Of a stretch of DNA of 59,781 bases, positions 10,665 to 20,688 are shown piece by piece. The stretch is taken from positions 1-59,781 of the forward strand of contig CBFIAD010000001.1 of assembly GCA_965660495.1 (NCBI GenBank). Reading direction: 5' to 3'. The notes under the pieces are model-generated. The model was not told where the DNA came from. It did not search any database and saw only the letters and a list, made by a program, of their open reading frames with translations. The first letter of the stretch is position 1; every line of letters begins with the position of its first letter. The translations under genes and the position numbers were made by a program. This DNA is from Candidatus Puniceispirillaceae bacterium (GTDB lineage: Bacteria; Pseudomonadota; Alphaproteobacteria; Puniceispirillales; Puniceispirillaceae).

Positions 10665-13325
10665 TTGAAACAGAATAAAGCCCCAAATTCGCAAAAGCTC
10701 ACACCGATGATGGCACAATATCTGGCCGTTAAGCAGCAATATGAGGATATACTGCTTTTCTATCGGATGGGTGATTTTTATGAAATGTTTTTGCACGATG
10801 CGGAAATAGCATCCGAAGCGTTGGGGATTGCCCTGACCCATCGCGGTGAAATTGATGGCAAAAAAGTGCAAATGTGTGGTGTGCCGGTTCATGCCGCTGA
10901 CAGCTATCTGGCGAAATTAATCAAAATGGGTCACAGGGTTGCGGTTTGCGAGCAATCAGAAACGCCGGAGGCATTTAAAAAACGGGGCGGAAAAGGCCCT
11001 TTGCCACGCGATGTGGTGCGGGTAATCACACCAGGCACCTTGCAAGAAGATGGCCTGCTGGATGCGTTTCAAAATAATTATCTGGCAGCCATTGGACGGG
11101 TTTCGGAAAAGCTGGCTATCGCCTGGACAGATATGTCCACAGGCAGTTTTCAGGTACAGGAATGTGCCCGCCCGGATATTGAGGCGATGTTAACCCAGCT
11201 TAATGTGGCAGAATTTGTCTATCCTGAAGATATTGCAGATATCGTGGCAAGGCTGGGTATCGCGGATAAGGGAACATCGCTGGGGGCTACTGCGTTTAAT
11301 CAGCGCAAAGCCGAAGCAGCCCTTTGTGCGCAATATCAACTGGCCAGTTTGCAGGGGCTGGGGCAATTTAGCCCGCCAATGCTGTCTGCTGCAGGCGGCT
11401 TGTTGGCCTATTTGCACCAGACGCAGCTAGAGGCGATGCCCTATCTAAAGCCCCTATCAGCAGAATGGCCGGATGCCTTTATGGTCATAGATGCCGCGAC
11501 CCGAAAATCGCTGGAGCTTACCCGCACCCTGGCAGGCGAGCGCAAGGGCAGCTTGTTATCGGCCATAGATAAAACCAGCACAGCAGGGGGTGCGCGATTA
11601 CTGCATCGCCGGCTATCTGCACCGCTAACCAACCGCCAGGCCATAGAAGCCCGATTGGGGCTGGCCACCTGGTTTGCCCAAAATCCCGTCATCGCTGGCG
11701 AGGCAGAGGAGATTTTAACCAAAATTCCGGATATGGAACGTGGCTTATCAAGGCTGGCCACATCCAGAGGCGGGCCGCGCGATCTGGCCGGTCTTGCACA
11801 AGGGCTGTATAAAGCTCGCTCTTTGTCTCTTTTATTGAACCGTTCCGGGGCAGCAGAGAGCCATAAGGCTATTCAGGAACTTGCCAGAAACGCACAAGAG
11901 CCAGCCCCGCTTGCAGAAAAAATCACCCCCGCCCTTGGGGATGAATTGCCATTATTGGCCAGAGACGGGCATTTTATTCGGCAAGGCTATGACAGCCAGC
12001 TTGATGCGCTGCGTCAAATGCGCGATGCAACCCGCAGGCTGATAGCTGGTCTGCAAGCTCAATATGCCGAAACAACCGATATCGCCTCGCTGAAAATCAA
12101 ACATAATAGTGTGCTGGGCTATCATATTGAAGTGCGCGCTGGCCATGCCGAAAAATTAATGGCAGATGAGCGTTTTATTCATCGTCAAACTACCGCACAG
12201 GCAGTACGTTTTACCACAACAGAGCTGGCAGAAATGGAACAATCCCTCAGCTCTGCAGCCGATAAGGCCTTGGCGCTGGAGTTGCAGTTATTTGACCAGC
12301 TGGTTCACGAAGTGCTGGCCGCTATCGACAAAATACTGGCCAGTGCAGAGGCAATTGCGGCTTTGGATGTGGCCTGTTCCACTGCCAAACTGGCAGAGAT
12401 ACATGATTATTGCTGTCCAAAACTTTGCGAGGATACATCTTTTACCATTGAGGCGGGTCGCCATCCTGTTGTGGAACAGGCTATCGGCCAGGATACACAG
12501 TTTATCGCTAATGATTGCCAGCTATCACAAGAGGCAAATTTGTGGTTGCTGACCGGGCCAAATATGGCAGGAAAATCCACCTATTTGCGCCAGAATGCGC
12601 ATATGGCTATTTTGGCACAGGCCGGATTTTATGTGCCGGCCAGACAGGCAGAAATCGGTATTGTAGATAAAATTTTCAGCCGGGTGGGCGCATCAGATGA
12701 TCTGGCACGCGGGCAATCTACCTTTATGGTGGAAATGGTCGAAACAGCTGCCATTTTGAACCAGTCAACGGAAAAATCGCTGGTGATACTGGATGAAATT
12801 GGACGCGGAACGGCTACATGGGACGGGCTGGCTATTGCCTGGTCCTGTCTGGAATATCTGCATAATCAGATTGGCTGCCGCGCCCTGTTTGCAACCCATT
12901 ATCATGAATTAACTGCACTTGAAGGCGAGCTGGAGCGTCTGCGCCCGTATGCGATGCAGGTCAAGGAATGGAAGAGCGAGATTATTTTCCTGCATCAGGT
13001 GGCCAGCGGCGCAGCGGATAAATCCTACGGGGTGCATGTGGCGCGCCTGGCCGGCTTGCCAAAAATGGTCACGAAAAGAGCGGCTTATCTGGTCGCCCAG
13101 CTTGAAGCAGGCAGCCAGCCATCGCATAGCCCGGCCCTGCCCCTGTTTGATATGCCTGAAAATAACCATAATACGGGCTATGATATCGCTGCCGAGACAG
13201 ATCAAACCCTTGAAGAATTGCGGCAAAGAATAGAAGCGTTAGAGCCAGACAGCCTGACCCCGAAACAGGCGCTATCTGTTTTGTATGACCTGAAAGCGGT
13301 TCTGGCAGAAAATGCAGATGAGTGA
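10665..13325 (+). CDS. mutS: DNA mismatch repair protein MutS
   Basis: TPMMAQY, FYRMGDFYEMF, TGPNMAGKST, STFMVEM, DEIGRGT. Confidence 0.99.
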   Translation: MKQNKAPNSQKLTPMMAQYLAVKQQYEDILLFYRMGDFYEMFLHDAEIASEALGIALTHRGEIDGKKVQMCGVPVHAADSYLAKLIKMGHRVAVCEQSETPEAFKKRGGKGPLPRDVVRVITPGTLQEDGLLDAFQNNYLAAIGRVSEKLAIAWTDMSTGSFQVQECARPDIEAMLTQLNVAEFVYPEDIADIVARLGIADKGTSLGATAFNQRKAEAALCAQYQLASLQGLGQFSPPMLSAAGGLLAYLHQTQLEAMPYLKPLSAEWPDAFMVIDAATRKSLELTRTLAGERKGSLLSAIDKTSTAGGARLLHRRLSAPLTNRQAIEARLGLATWFAQNPVIAGEAEEILTKIPDMERGLSRLATSRGGPRDLAGLAQGLYKARSLSLLLNRSGAAESHKAIQELARNAQEPAPLAEKITPALGDELPLLARDGHFIRQGYDSQLDALRQMRDATRRLIAGLQAQYAETTDIASLKIKHNSVLGYHIEVRAGHAEKLMADERFIHRQTTAQAVRFTTTELAEMEQSLSSAADKALALELQLFDQLVHEVLAAIDKILASAEAIAALDVACSTAKLAEIHDYCCPKLCEDTSFTIEAGRHPVVEQAIGQDTQFIANDCQLSQEANLWLLTGPNMAGKSTYLRQNAHMAILAQAGFYVPARQAEIGIVDKIFSRVGASDDLARGQSTFMVEMVETAAILNQSTEKSLVILDEIGRGTATWDGLAIAWSCLEYLHNQIGCRALFATHYHELTALEGELERLRPYAMQVKEWKSEIIFLHQVASGAADKSYGVHVARLAGLPKMVTKRAAYLVAQLEAGSQPSHSPALPLFDMPENNHNTGYDIAAETDQTLEELRQRIEALEPDSLTPKQALSVLYDLKAVLAENADE

Positions 13326-16179
13326 AGATGGGCATGGATTTTTGGCAATGAGGGAAAATAGCAAAAGAGGAATGCCGGTAAATCTGTGGCAATCCTGGAT
13401 GTCACCCTTGCAAACCGCGCGCGCGCGACACGGGGCGGGCATTTTTTGTCCAATAGATGAAGTTAGCCTGGTGCAAAGCCTGAAAGCGCTAGCCGAGCAG
13501 GCAAAAAATAAAAATGATGTCCGCGCAGTGATACTGGCAGAAATGAAAATCCGGCTTGCCGCGATGCGAAGCCGGCTGGAAAAAAGGCTGATAGCCGAAC
13601 GCGACGGGGCAGATTATGTAGGCGCGCACGCGCTTGGCATGGATATGCTTATCAGCAGTGCCCTTAATCTTGCCTGTAGCCATATTTTTAAAAAAACGCC
13701 CGGCTTTGGCTTGATGGCGGTTGGCGGTTATGGGCGCGGCGAGCTGGCCCCGCATAGCGATATTGACTTGTTGTTTGTGATGCCCGATAGCGGGGCAAAA
13801 AAACAGGAACCCATCATCGAATTTCTATTGTATCTGTTATGGGATATGGGGCTCACAGTTGGCCATGCCAGCCGAACTATCCGTCAAAATCTGGCCGCTG
13901 CTGATGAAGATACCACCATCTGTACCAGCTTGCTGGAAATGCGTCCCATAGGCGGGGATAGTATCACTACCGATAAAATGATGGCTACTTTTTCAAAATG
14001 GCTGAAACGGCAATCTGTCGCCCCTTTTTTGAGTGCCAAGTTAGAAGAGCGTGACGCACGTATTACCCGTACAGGCGGCACACGTTATGCGGTCGAACCT
14101 AATGTCAAGGATGGCAAGGGGGGATTACGCGACTTGCACACGCTGTTCTGGATGGCCAAATATGCCTACCGCGTTAACAGCGCGGCGGAATTTCTGGAAA
14201 CCGGCATATTGCGTCAGTCCGAAGCCAGAAGCTTTGCTGCTGCCCAGCGTTTTTTATGGACGGTTCGCTGTTTTTTGCATTTGCATCATGGCCGCGAGGA
14301 TGACCGCCTCAGCTTTGATGCCCAAATGGAAATTGCCCCTAAAATGCGTTTTTCAGACAGGGGCGGCTTGCGAGGGGTAGAGCGGTTTATGAAACGCTAT
14401 TATCTGGCCGCCCGCCATGTTGGCAATCTTACCCGTATTTTTTGTGCCGCACTGGAAACAGATTTTGACAGACGCCCACGCCTGTCGTTAAAAAAATTCT
14501 GGCTGGCAGATGCAGCCTCTGATCTGGATATCGCCCCGTTTATTCTGGAAAAAGGCAGGCTGCATTTGCCTGAAAATAGGCGGTTTCGCGATGATTTGGA
14601 TCAAATTATTCGGCTGTTCAATTTTGCCCTGATCCATGAGCTGGATATTCACCCGGACACCTTGCGCCGCCTGACACGTGCGGTTCGCGCTGCCAGAACC
14701 GCACAATTGCAAACGGCCCAAACCCATGAAATTTTTCTGCAAATTATCAGCGGCAAAGGCAATCCCGAGCGCGTTTTGCGCCTGATGAATGAATCCGGCT
14801 GGCTGGGCATTTATATGCCGGATTTCGGGCGTATTGTGGGGATGATGCAATTTGATATGTATCACAGCTATACAGTGGATGAGCATAGTTTGCGTGCGGT
14901 TGGCATCATGCGCGAAATTGAACAGGGCAAGCTGGTCGATGTTGCCCCGCTTGCCAGCCAGCTTATTCATGAAATATCTTCCAGACGCGCCCTGTTTGTG
15001 GCGATTTTCTTGCATGATATTGCCAAGGGCAGGGGCGGTGATCACTCTGTTCTGGGCGCGGAAGTTGCGCGTAATATTGCCCCAATGCTGGGATTAAATG
15101 ACGAGGAAACAGAAACGGTTGTCTGGCTTATCCTTACCCATCTTTTGATGAGCAAAACCGCTTTTCGTTATGATCTGAACGATCCGCAAACCATTATTGA
15201 TTTTGCCGAAAAGGTACAATCGCCTGAAAGGCTGAAACTATTGCTGGTTCTGACCGTTGCCGATATTCAGGCGGTAGGCCCTGATATCTGGAATGGCTGG
15301 AAGGCCAGCCTGATGCGCGATCTCTATCACCGCTCCGAGGCAGTGCTTGGCGGGGCAGCCCCGTCTGAAGTATCCAAAGGGGCGGCTATTGATGCGATGC
15401 AGGAAGCCAAAGCCCGGCTGACACAATGGGATGACCAGCGTTTTGAAGCGCACGCCCAGCTTTTTTATCCCAGCTACTGGACAAATTTCACTACTGCATC
15501 GCATCTTTATCATGCGGAATTAGCGACTAAATTTGACCATTCTGACCAACAGCTATTGGTTGATTTCAAAGTGGATGAGGATAAAAAATCCACCATTTTG
15601 GTCGTGATGGCAGCCGATCACCCGGGTCTGTTTAGCCGGATTGTGGGATCGGTCGCCATGTCGGGCTGCAGTATTGTCAATGCCCGCATCAATACCCGTC
15701 ATGATGGCACGATACTGGATCAGTTCCGGATTCAAAGTCACAATCGCGGGGCGGTAACCGATTCTGCTACCCAGCAGCGCATTGCCAGCCTGATTGAACA
15801 ATCTCTGGCAGGCGATATTTCCCTATTTGATAAATTGCGGGAAAAATCGGCACAATTATCGCCGCGCCTCAAGGTGATGACAGTGCCGCCGCGCGTGCTG
15901 GTAACCAATGGCCGCAGTAAAACCCATACGGTGATAGAGGTAAATGGGGCAGACAGACCCGGCCTTTTATACCAGATTACCTATCATCTTTTGCAGCTTG
16001 GCTTGCAGGTAAATTCAGCTACCGTATCGACCTATGGCGAAAAGGCGGTGGATGTTTTCTATGTAAAGGATGTGTATGGGCTGCAAATTGAAAAGCCTGC
16101 GACACAGGAAAAAATCAAACAGGATTTACTGTCTATCTTTGAAGAAGATACCGCGATGATGGCGGGAATAGAAAAATGA
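13312..16179 (+). CDS. glnD: [Protein-PII] uridylyltransferase/uridylyl-removing enzyme
   Basis: AVGGYGRGELAPHSDIDLL, EPNVKDGKGGLRD, YHSYTVDEH, LHDIAKG, two C-terminal ACT domains; true start may be downstream (e.g. ATG 13399). Confidence 0.97.
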   Translation: MQMSEDGHGFLAMRENSKRGMPVNLWQSWMSPLQTARARHGAGIFCPIDEVSLVQSLKALAEQAKNKNDVRAVILAEMKIRLAAMRSRLEKRLIAERDGADYVGAHALGMDMLISSALNLACSHIFKKTPGFGLMAVGGYGRGELAPHSDIDLLFVMPDSGAKKQEPIIEFLLYLLWDMGLTVGHASRTIRQNLAAADEDTTICTSLLEMRPIGGDSITTDKMMATFSKWLKRQSVAPFLSAKLEERDARITRTGGTRYAVEPNVKDGKGGLRDLHTLFWMAKYAYRVNSAAEFLETGILRQSEARSFAAAQRFLWTVRCFLHLHHGREDDRLSFDAQMEIAPKMRFSDRGGLRGVERFMKRYYLAARHVGNLTRIFCAALETDFDRRPRLSLKKFWLADAASDLDIAPFILEKGRLHLPENRRFRDDLDQIIRLFNFALIHELDIHPDTLRRLTRAVRAARTAQLQTAQTHEIFLQIISGKGNPERVLRLMNESGWLGIYMPDFGRIVGMMQFDMYHSYTVDEHSLRAVGIMREIEQGKLVDVAPLASQLIHEISSRRALFVAIFLHDIAKGRGGDHSVLGAEVARNIAPMLGLNDEETETVVWLILTHLLMSKTAFRYDLNDPQTIIDFAEKVQSPERLKLLLVLTVADIQAVGPDIWNGWKASLMRDLYHRSEAVLGGAAPSEVSKGAAIDAMQEAKARLTQWDDQRFEAHAQLFYPSYWTNFTTASHLYHAELATKFDHSDQQLLVDFKVDEDKKSTILVVMAADHPGLFSRIVGSVAMSGCSIVNARINTRHDGTILDQFRIQSHNRGAVTDSATQQRIASLIEQSLAGDISLFDKLREKSAQLSPRLKVMTVPPRVLVTNGRSKTHTVIEVNGADRPGLLYQITYHLLQLGLQVNSATVSTYGEKAVDVFYVKDVYGLQIEKPATQEKIKQDLLSIFEEDTAMMAGIEK

Positions 16180-17735
16180 GCGGGATGAGCCTGAAACGCG
16201 CTTTTGGCCAGATAAGCGGCCTAACATTTCTATCCCGAATTCTGGGATTTGTTCGTGATATATGTTTTGCCCATTTTATGGGGGCAGGCAGTGCAGCCGA
16301 CGCCTTTCTGGTAGCCTTTAAACTGCCTAATCTTTTTCGCCGGCTGACAGCTGAAGGCGCGCTGACCAATGCGTTCCTGCCTGTCTATGCGCTTGCAAAG
16401 GAAACGAAAGGCCAGCCCGCTGCCCTTATTCTGGCAGCAGAGGTGCAGACGGCTCTGTTACTGGCATTAACTGTGATTGTGGTAGGGATGGAAATATTTA
16501 TGCCAGCGATTATAGCGGTTCTGGCGCCCGGATTTACCGCCACGCCGGACAGATTTGCAGCGGCCATAGATTTGGCACGCATTACCATGCCCTATTTACC
16601 GATGATCTCGCTGGTTGCGCTATGGGCAGCTGTATTAAATAGTGCAGATGATTTTATCGCCGGCGCCTTTGCACCGGTCATATTAAATCTGTTTTTAATT
16701 GGCGGGGCGGTGCTTATTCCTTTCAGCAGCGAATTATTACACACCCCGTCTTCGATGCTGGCTGTGCCGCTAAGCGGGGCATTATTACTGGCAGGTATCA
16801 GTCAGATGGCGTTATTACAGGCCAGATTGCATCGCCGGAAACTCTCTTTAAAATGGCGTTTTGGGCGAATGTCTGCTGCGGCGCGGGCGATGTGGGCAGG
16901 CTTTGTTCCGGCCGCGCTGGGTGCAGGGGCAACCCAGATAAATCTACTGGTGGATTTGGTGCTGGCCTCGCTTTTGGAGGTGGGCGCGATATCCTGGCTT
17001 TATTATGCCGACAGGATAGCCCAATTGCCGCTGGGGCTGGTCGGTATTGCGCTGGGAACAGCCTTGTTACCGCGCCTGTCCCGTATAGAAGCGGCCAGCG
17101 ATACGGAACGCCGAAAAAAAGATTTTGCCAGAGAATTATCAGCAGGCTTTATGCCGGCTGCCTGTCTGGTCTTGCCCGCTACCGCTGCCTTGCTGATCAT
17201 AGCCGAGCCGATTATTATTGGCCTGTTTTATTCAGGCGCATTCAGCCTGGATGATGGCAAGGCCGCGGCGGCTGCCCTGATTGCCTACGCTATCGGTCTG
17301 CCAGCCTTTGTTGGATTAAAGCTGACAGGGGCGGCACTTTATGCTGTGCAAAAGGCGCGGCTGGTAATGGTGATATCGCTGATTTCGGTTGGTCTGAATA
17401 TATTGCTCAGCCTCTATCTGATGCAAATTTTGGGTCATGTGGGGCTTGCTCTTGCGACTGTGCTGGTATCCTGGATGGGCTTTATCTGGCAGCTTGGCTG
17501 GCTGGCGCGTGCAGAACGGCTGGATAAAACTGCCCTTCGGGCTGTCTTTTTATCTCTGTTTTGTGCCGGGATAATGGCGGCCGGGCTATATTTTAGCGCG
17601 CCTTTTATACAAACAGCATTTTTGGATGAACAGCTTGTCCTGATAGCATTGGTTTTCCTTGGCACAATGATATATTTTCTGATGGGCTGGATGACAGGTC
17701 TAGTAAGACTGGTTTTTTTCAGCAGAACAACTTAA
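16176..17735 (+). CDS. murJ: Lipid II flippase MurJ (MviN)
   Basis: SRILGFVRD, AFKLPNLFRRLTAEGA, LYYADRIAQLPLG; multi-TM. Confidence 0.97.
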   Translation: MSGMSLKRAFGQISGLTFLSRILGFVRDICFAHFMGAGSAADAFLVAFKLPNLFRRLTAEGALTNAFLPVYALAKETKGQPAALILAAEVQTALLLALTVIVVGMEIFMPAIIAVLAPGFTATPDRFAAAIDLARITMPYLPMISLVALWAAVLNSADDFIAGAFAPVILNLFLIGGAVLIPFSSELLHTPSSMLAVPLSGALLLAGISQMALLQARLHRRKLSLKWRFGRMSAAARAMWAGFVPAALGAGATQINLLVDLVLASLLEVGAISWLYYADRIAQLPLGLVGIALGTALLPRLSRIEAASDTERRKKDFARELSAGFMPAACLVLPATAALLIIAEPIIIGLFYSGAFSLDDGKAAAAALIAYAIGLPAFVGLKLTGAALYAVQKARLVMVISLISVGLNILLSLYLMQILGHVGLALATVLVSWMGFIWQLGWLARAERLDKTALRAVFLSLFCAGIMAAGLYFSAPFIQTAFLDEQLVLIALVFLGTMIYFLMGWMTGLVRLVFFSRTT

Positions 17736-17800
17736 AACAGCCAACAGCAAAGATGATAAAACAGACTATCTATGGTCTAGATTAAGGGATAATTTCCATC

Positions 17801-18811
17801 ATGGGCGAGGTAAAAACAAGGCGTATTTTTTCAGGCGTACAACCAACAGGCAATCTGCATCTGGGCAATTATCTGGGGGCAATTAAAAACTGGATAGCTC
17901 TGCAGGATGAGTTTGAATGTATTTATTGTGTGGTGGATTTACATGCCATTACTGTTCCTCAGGAACCTGCCATTTTGCGCCGCGCCATTCGCGAAGTTGC
18001 AGCCTGTCTGATCGCCTCTGGTATTAATCCTGAAAAATCTATTCTTTTTAATCAGTCGCGTGTACCCCAACATGCTGAACTTGCCTGGATATTTAATTGT
18101 GTGGCCCGGCTGGGCTGGCTGAACCGGATGACCCAGTTCAAGGAAAAAGCTGGCAAGAACCGCGAAAATGCAACGGTGGGACTTTATGCCTATCCGACAT
18201 TGATGGCAGCCGATATTCTGGCCTATAAGGCAACCCATGTGCCGGTGGGAGAGGATCAAAAACAGCATCTGGAACTCACCCGTGATATTGCGGTGGCCTT
18301 TAATTCCATGTTTGATGCCGATTTTTTCCCTCAGCCCGAGCCGCAAATTCAAAAGACAGCTGCACGGGTGATGAGCCTGCGCGATGGCAACTCCAAGATG
18401 AGCAAATCCGATCTTTCGGACGCAACCCGTATTAATCTGACCGATAGCGCAGATGAAATTGCCCAGAAAATCAAACGGGCAAAAACAGATCCCGAACCAT
18501 TGCCATCTGAAATAAAGGGTCTGGAAGGCCGGCCGGAAGCCGCTAATCTGGTCGGTATTTTTGCCGGGCTTTCCGGGCGAACAGCCGAGGATATATTATC
18601 TGAATTTGGTGGTCAGGGGTTTGGTGTGTTTAAACCCGCCCTGGCCGAGCTGTGTGTTAGCCAAATCGCCCCAATAAGTCTGGAGATGAATAAATTGCTG
18701 GAACAACCAGAGGAAATTGACAGATTGCTGGAAAAGGGTGCAGGCCAGGCACAGGCCATTGCCGCGCCCATTCTGGCAGAGGTAAAACAGCTGATAGGGT
18801 TTTCAGGATAA
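17801..18811 (+). CDS. trpS: Tryptophan--tRNA ligase
   Basis: [30 protein letters not shown]. Confidence 0.99.
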   Translation: MGEVKTRRIFSGVQPTGNLHLGNYLGAIKNWIALQDEFECIYCVVDLHAITVPQEPAILRRAIREVAACLIASGINPEKSILFNQSRVPQHAELAWIFNCVARLGWLNRMTQFKEKAGKNRENATVGLYAYPTLMAADILAYKATHVPVGEDQKQHLELTRDIAVAFNSMFDADFFPQPEPQIQKTAARVMSLRDGNSKMSKSDLSDATRINLTDSADEIAQKIKRAKTDPEPLPSEIKGLEGRPEAANLVGIFAGLSGRTAEDILSEFGGQGFGVFKPALAELCVSQIAPISLEMNKLLEQPEEIDRLLEKGAGQAQAIAAPILAEVKQLIGFSG

Positions 18812-18850
18812 GGCCTGATAGCGCCAATAAGTGTTCACGTAATAGCCAGG

Positions 18851-18879
18851 CTTGATAATCCGTGCGGCTCTTCCCATAT
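18851..18879 (+). promoter_or_regulatory. RpoH-type promoter of nfuA
   Basis: CTTGAT(18851-18856)-N16-CCCATAT(18873-18879). Confidence 0.7.
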
Positions 18880-18889
18880 ACAAGGGAGT

Positions 18890-18910
18890 AGTTTATAGTT
18901 GTTCTAAAGT
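18890..18910. promoter_or_regulatory. Irr-binding iron control element (ICE)-like site
   Basis: AG-TTTATAG-TTG-TTCTAAA-GT against TTTAGAA-N3-TTCTAAA: right arm perfect, two mismatches in left arm; upstream of an Fe-S gene. Confidence 0.55.
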
Positions 18911-18972
18911 TTGAGATACTGTCGTGCGGGTCTCAAACAGGCTGACATCGCGCGCAATACAGGATACTGCTC

Positions 18973-19536
18973 ATGTTTATTCAAACAGAAGACACCCCTA
19001 ATCCGGCCACTTTGAAATTTATTCCAGGCGTGGATGTCCTTGCTGGCAGCTCGGCTGAATTCAATAGCCTTGAAGAGGCAAAACCCTCGCCTCTGGCCAG
19101 CCGTTTATTGCGCATAGACGGGATTGAATCTGTGTTTTTATGCGGCGATTTTGTTTCTATTACCAAGGCTGAAAATATGGAATGGTTTGCCCTGAAACCT
19201 TCTGTGCTGGCCGGGATTATGGAACATTTTGCCTCTGGCCTGCCGGTTATGGAAACCACCCAAAACACCGATGCAGATGCCAATAAAGAGGATAGTGATG
19301 ATGATGAGGTGGTTCAGCAAATCAAACATTTGCTGGATACACGGGTACGCCCGGCTGTTGCGATGGATGGCGGGGATATTACCTTTCATTCCTTTCATGA
19401 AGGGGTGGTAACCTTGCAAATGCGCGGCGCCTGTCAGGGATGTCCCAGCTCTACGGCGACCCTGAAAATGGGGATTGAAAATATGTTGCGCCATTATATT
19501 CCCGAAGTGGTTGAAGTACGCCCAACAGAAGACTAG
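18973..19536 (+). CDS. nfuA: NifU/NfuA-family Fe-S cluster carrier
   Basis: MFIQTEDTPNPATLKF N-domain, VRPAVAMDGGDI, GACQGCPSS CxxC. Confidence 0.95.
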   Translation: MFIQTEDTPNPATLKFIPGVDVLAGSSAEFNSLEEAKPSPLASRLLRIDGIESVFLCGDFVSITKAENMEWFALKPSVLAGIMEHFASGLPVMETTQNTDADANKEDSDDDEVVQQIKHLLDTRVRPAVAMDGGDITFHSFHEGVVTLQMRGACQGCPSSTATLKMGIENMLRHYIPEVVEVRPTED

Positions 19537-19582
19537 GCTAGATAAGAAGGGCTACAGGCCTGTATAGTCAAAAATTAAATGG

Positions 19583-20650
19583 ATGAAGCCTCCCGTGTCT
19601 TTGCATAAACCGGTTTCCATAAGGCTATCGAACAAAACACTTGCCGGCTTTTTACTGGTATGTATGGTATTTGGCCTGCTTTTGCCAGCCATGATAAATC
19701 CGCCTTTTTTCCTGTCCGAAGTGGGGAGCAATAAAGCTCTGCTGGCTGAAATTGCCAAGCTGGAAAGCGAATTATTGCGCTTGCAGGAATTGAAAAAACA
19801 GCAAGGTCTCAGCCTGGCAGAAAAACAGGCGCTCGAACGGCAAATGGAAATCGCCAGCGTCCAGCTTTCAAAGGGTTTGCAGCTATCTGAACAAAAACAT
19901 AGCGCTCTGTTAACTGTGCCAACCCGCCGCCCGCCTGTCCCGCAAAATATCCGATATAGTTTGCCAGAAGATGGACAAGGGGTTGTGCCGCGTATCTTTA
20001 TTCCGCGTATGCCCAATCTTGCCCCGCTGGAGGTTGCAGAGCGCAAGGAGGTTTTTATCAAAATTTTGCTTCCCCTTATTTTGCGGGCTAATGATGAAAT
20101 TAAAACGCAGAGAGAAAACATCACCCGCGCCTATCAAAAGGGTGACAGAGAGGTGCTGGAACAATATGCCCAGCAATATAAGGTTAGCCTGGATAAGACA
20201 GAGGCCGAACTTTATGATGCGCTTATCCTGCGCGTTGCTCCTGTGCCAGTATCGCTGGCTCTGGCGCAGGCGGTGATTGAATCCGGATGGGGTCAGTCCC
20301 GCTTTGCGGCAGTGGGTAACGCGCTGTTCGGGCAATGGGTCTGGAATGATGATATGGGCATCAAGGCCAGACAGGCCAGTGATAGCCGGGCATCGGTGCG
20401 TGCCTTTCCTGATCTTCAGGCATCTGTGCGCGCCTATATGCTGAATTTGAATTCCTTTTATGCCTATGAAGGGTTTCGCCAGAACAGAGCCTTGTACAAC
20501 CAGAACAAGGCTAAATTTGCTGATATGCTGGCAGAGCTTTCTGTCTATGCCGAAATTGGCGAAAAATATGTCACAAAGCTGAAAACCGTTATTGCCCAGA
20601 ATAATTTCAGAAAATTCAGCCAGACCAAACTTGCCCCGCCTGTTTTCTAG
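19583..20650 (+). CDS. Membrane-anchored glucosaminidase-domain (GH73/Bax-like) protein
   Basis: N-terminal TM helix, coiled coil, ERKEVFI..LLP, LALAQAVIESGWGQSRFA..GNALFG, YMLNLN. Confidence 0.85.
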   Translation: MKPPVSLHKPVSIRLSNKTLAGFLLVCMVFGLLLPAMINPPFFLSEVGSNKALLAEIAKLESELLRLQELKKQQGLSLAEKQALERQMEIASVQLSKGLQLSEQKHSALLTVPTRRPPVPQNIRYSLPEDGQGVVPRIFIPRMPNLAPLEVAERKEVFIKILLPLILRANDEIKTQRENITRAYQKGDREVLEQYAQQYKVSLDKTEAELYDALILRVAPVPVSLALAQAVIESGWGQSRFAAVGNALFGQWVWNDDMGIKARQASDSRASVRAFPDLQASVRAYMLNLNSFYAYEGFRQNRALYNQNKAKFADMLAELSVYAEIGEKYVTKLKTVIAQNNFRKFSQTKLAPPVF

Positions 20651-20688
20651 GTGAGGGCAACAGCGCGAAATCTGATTTTTTAAAGAAT

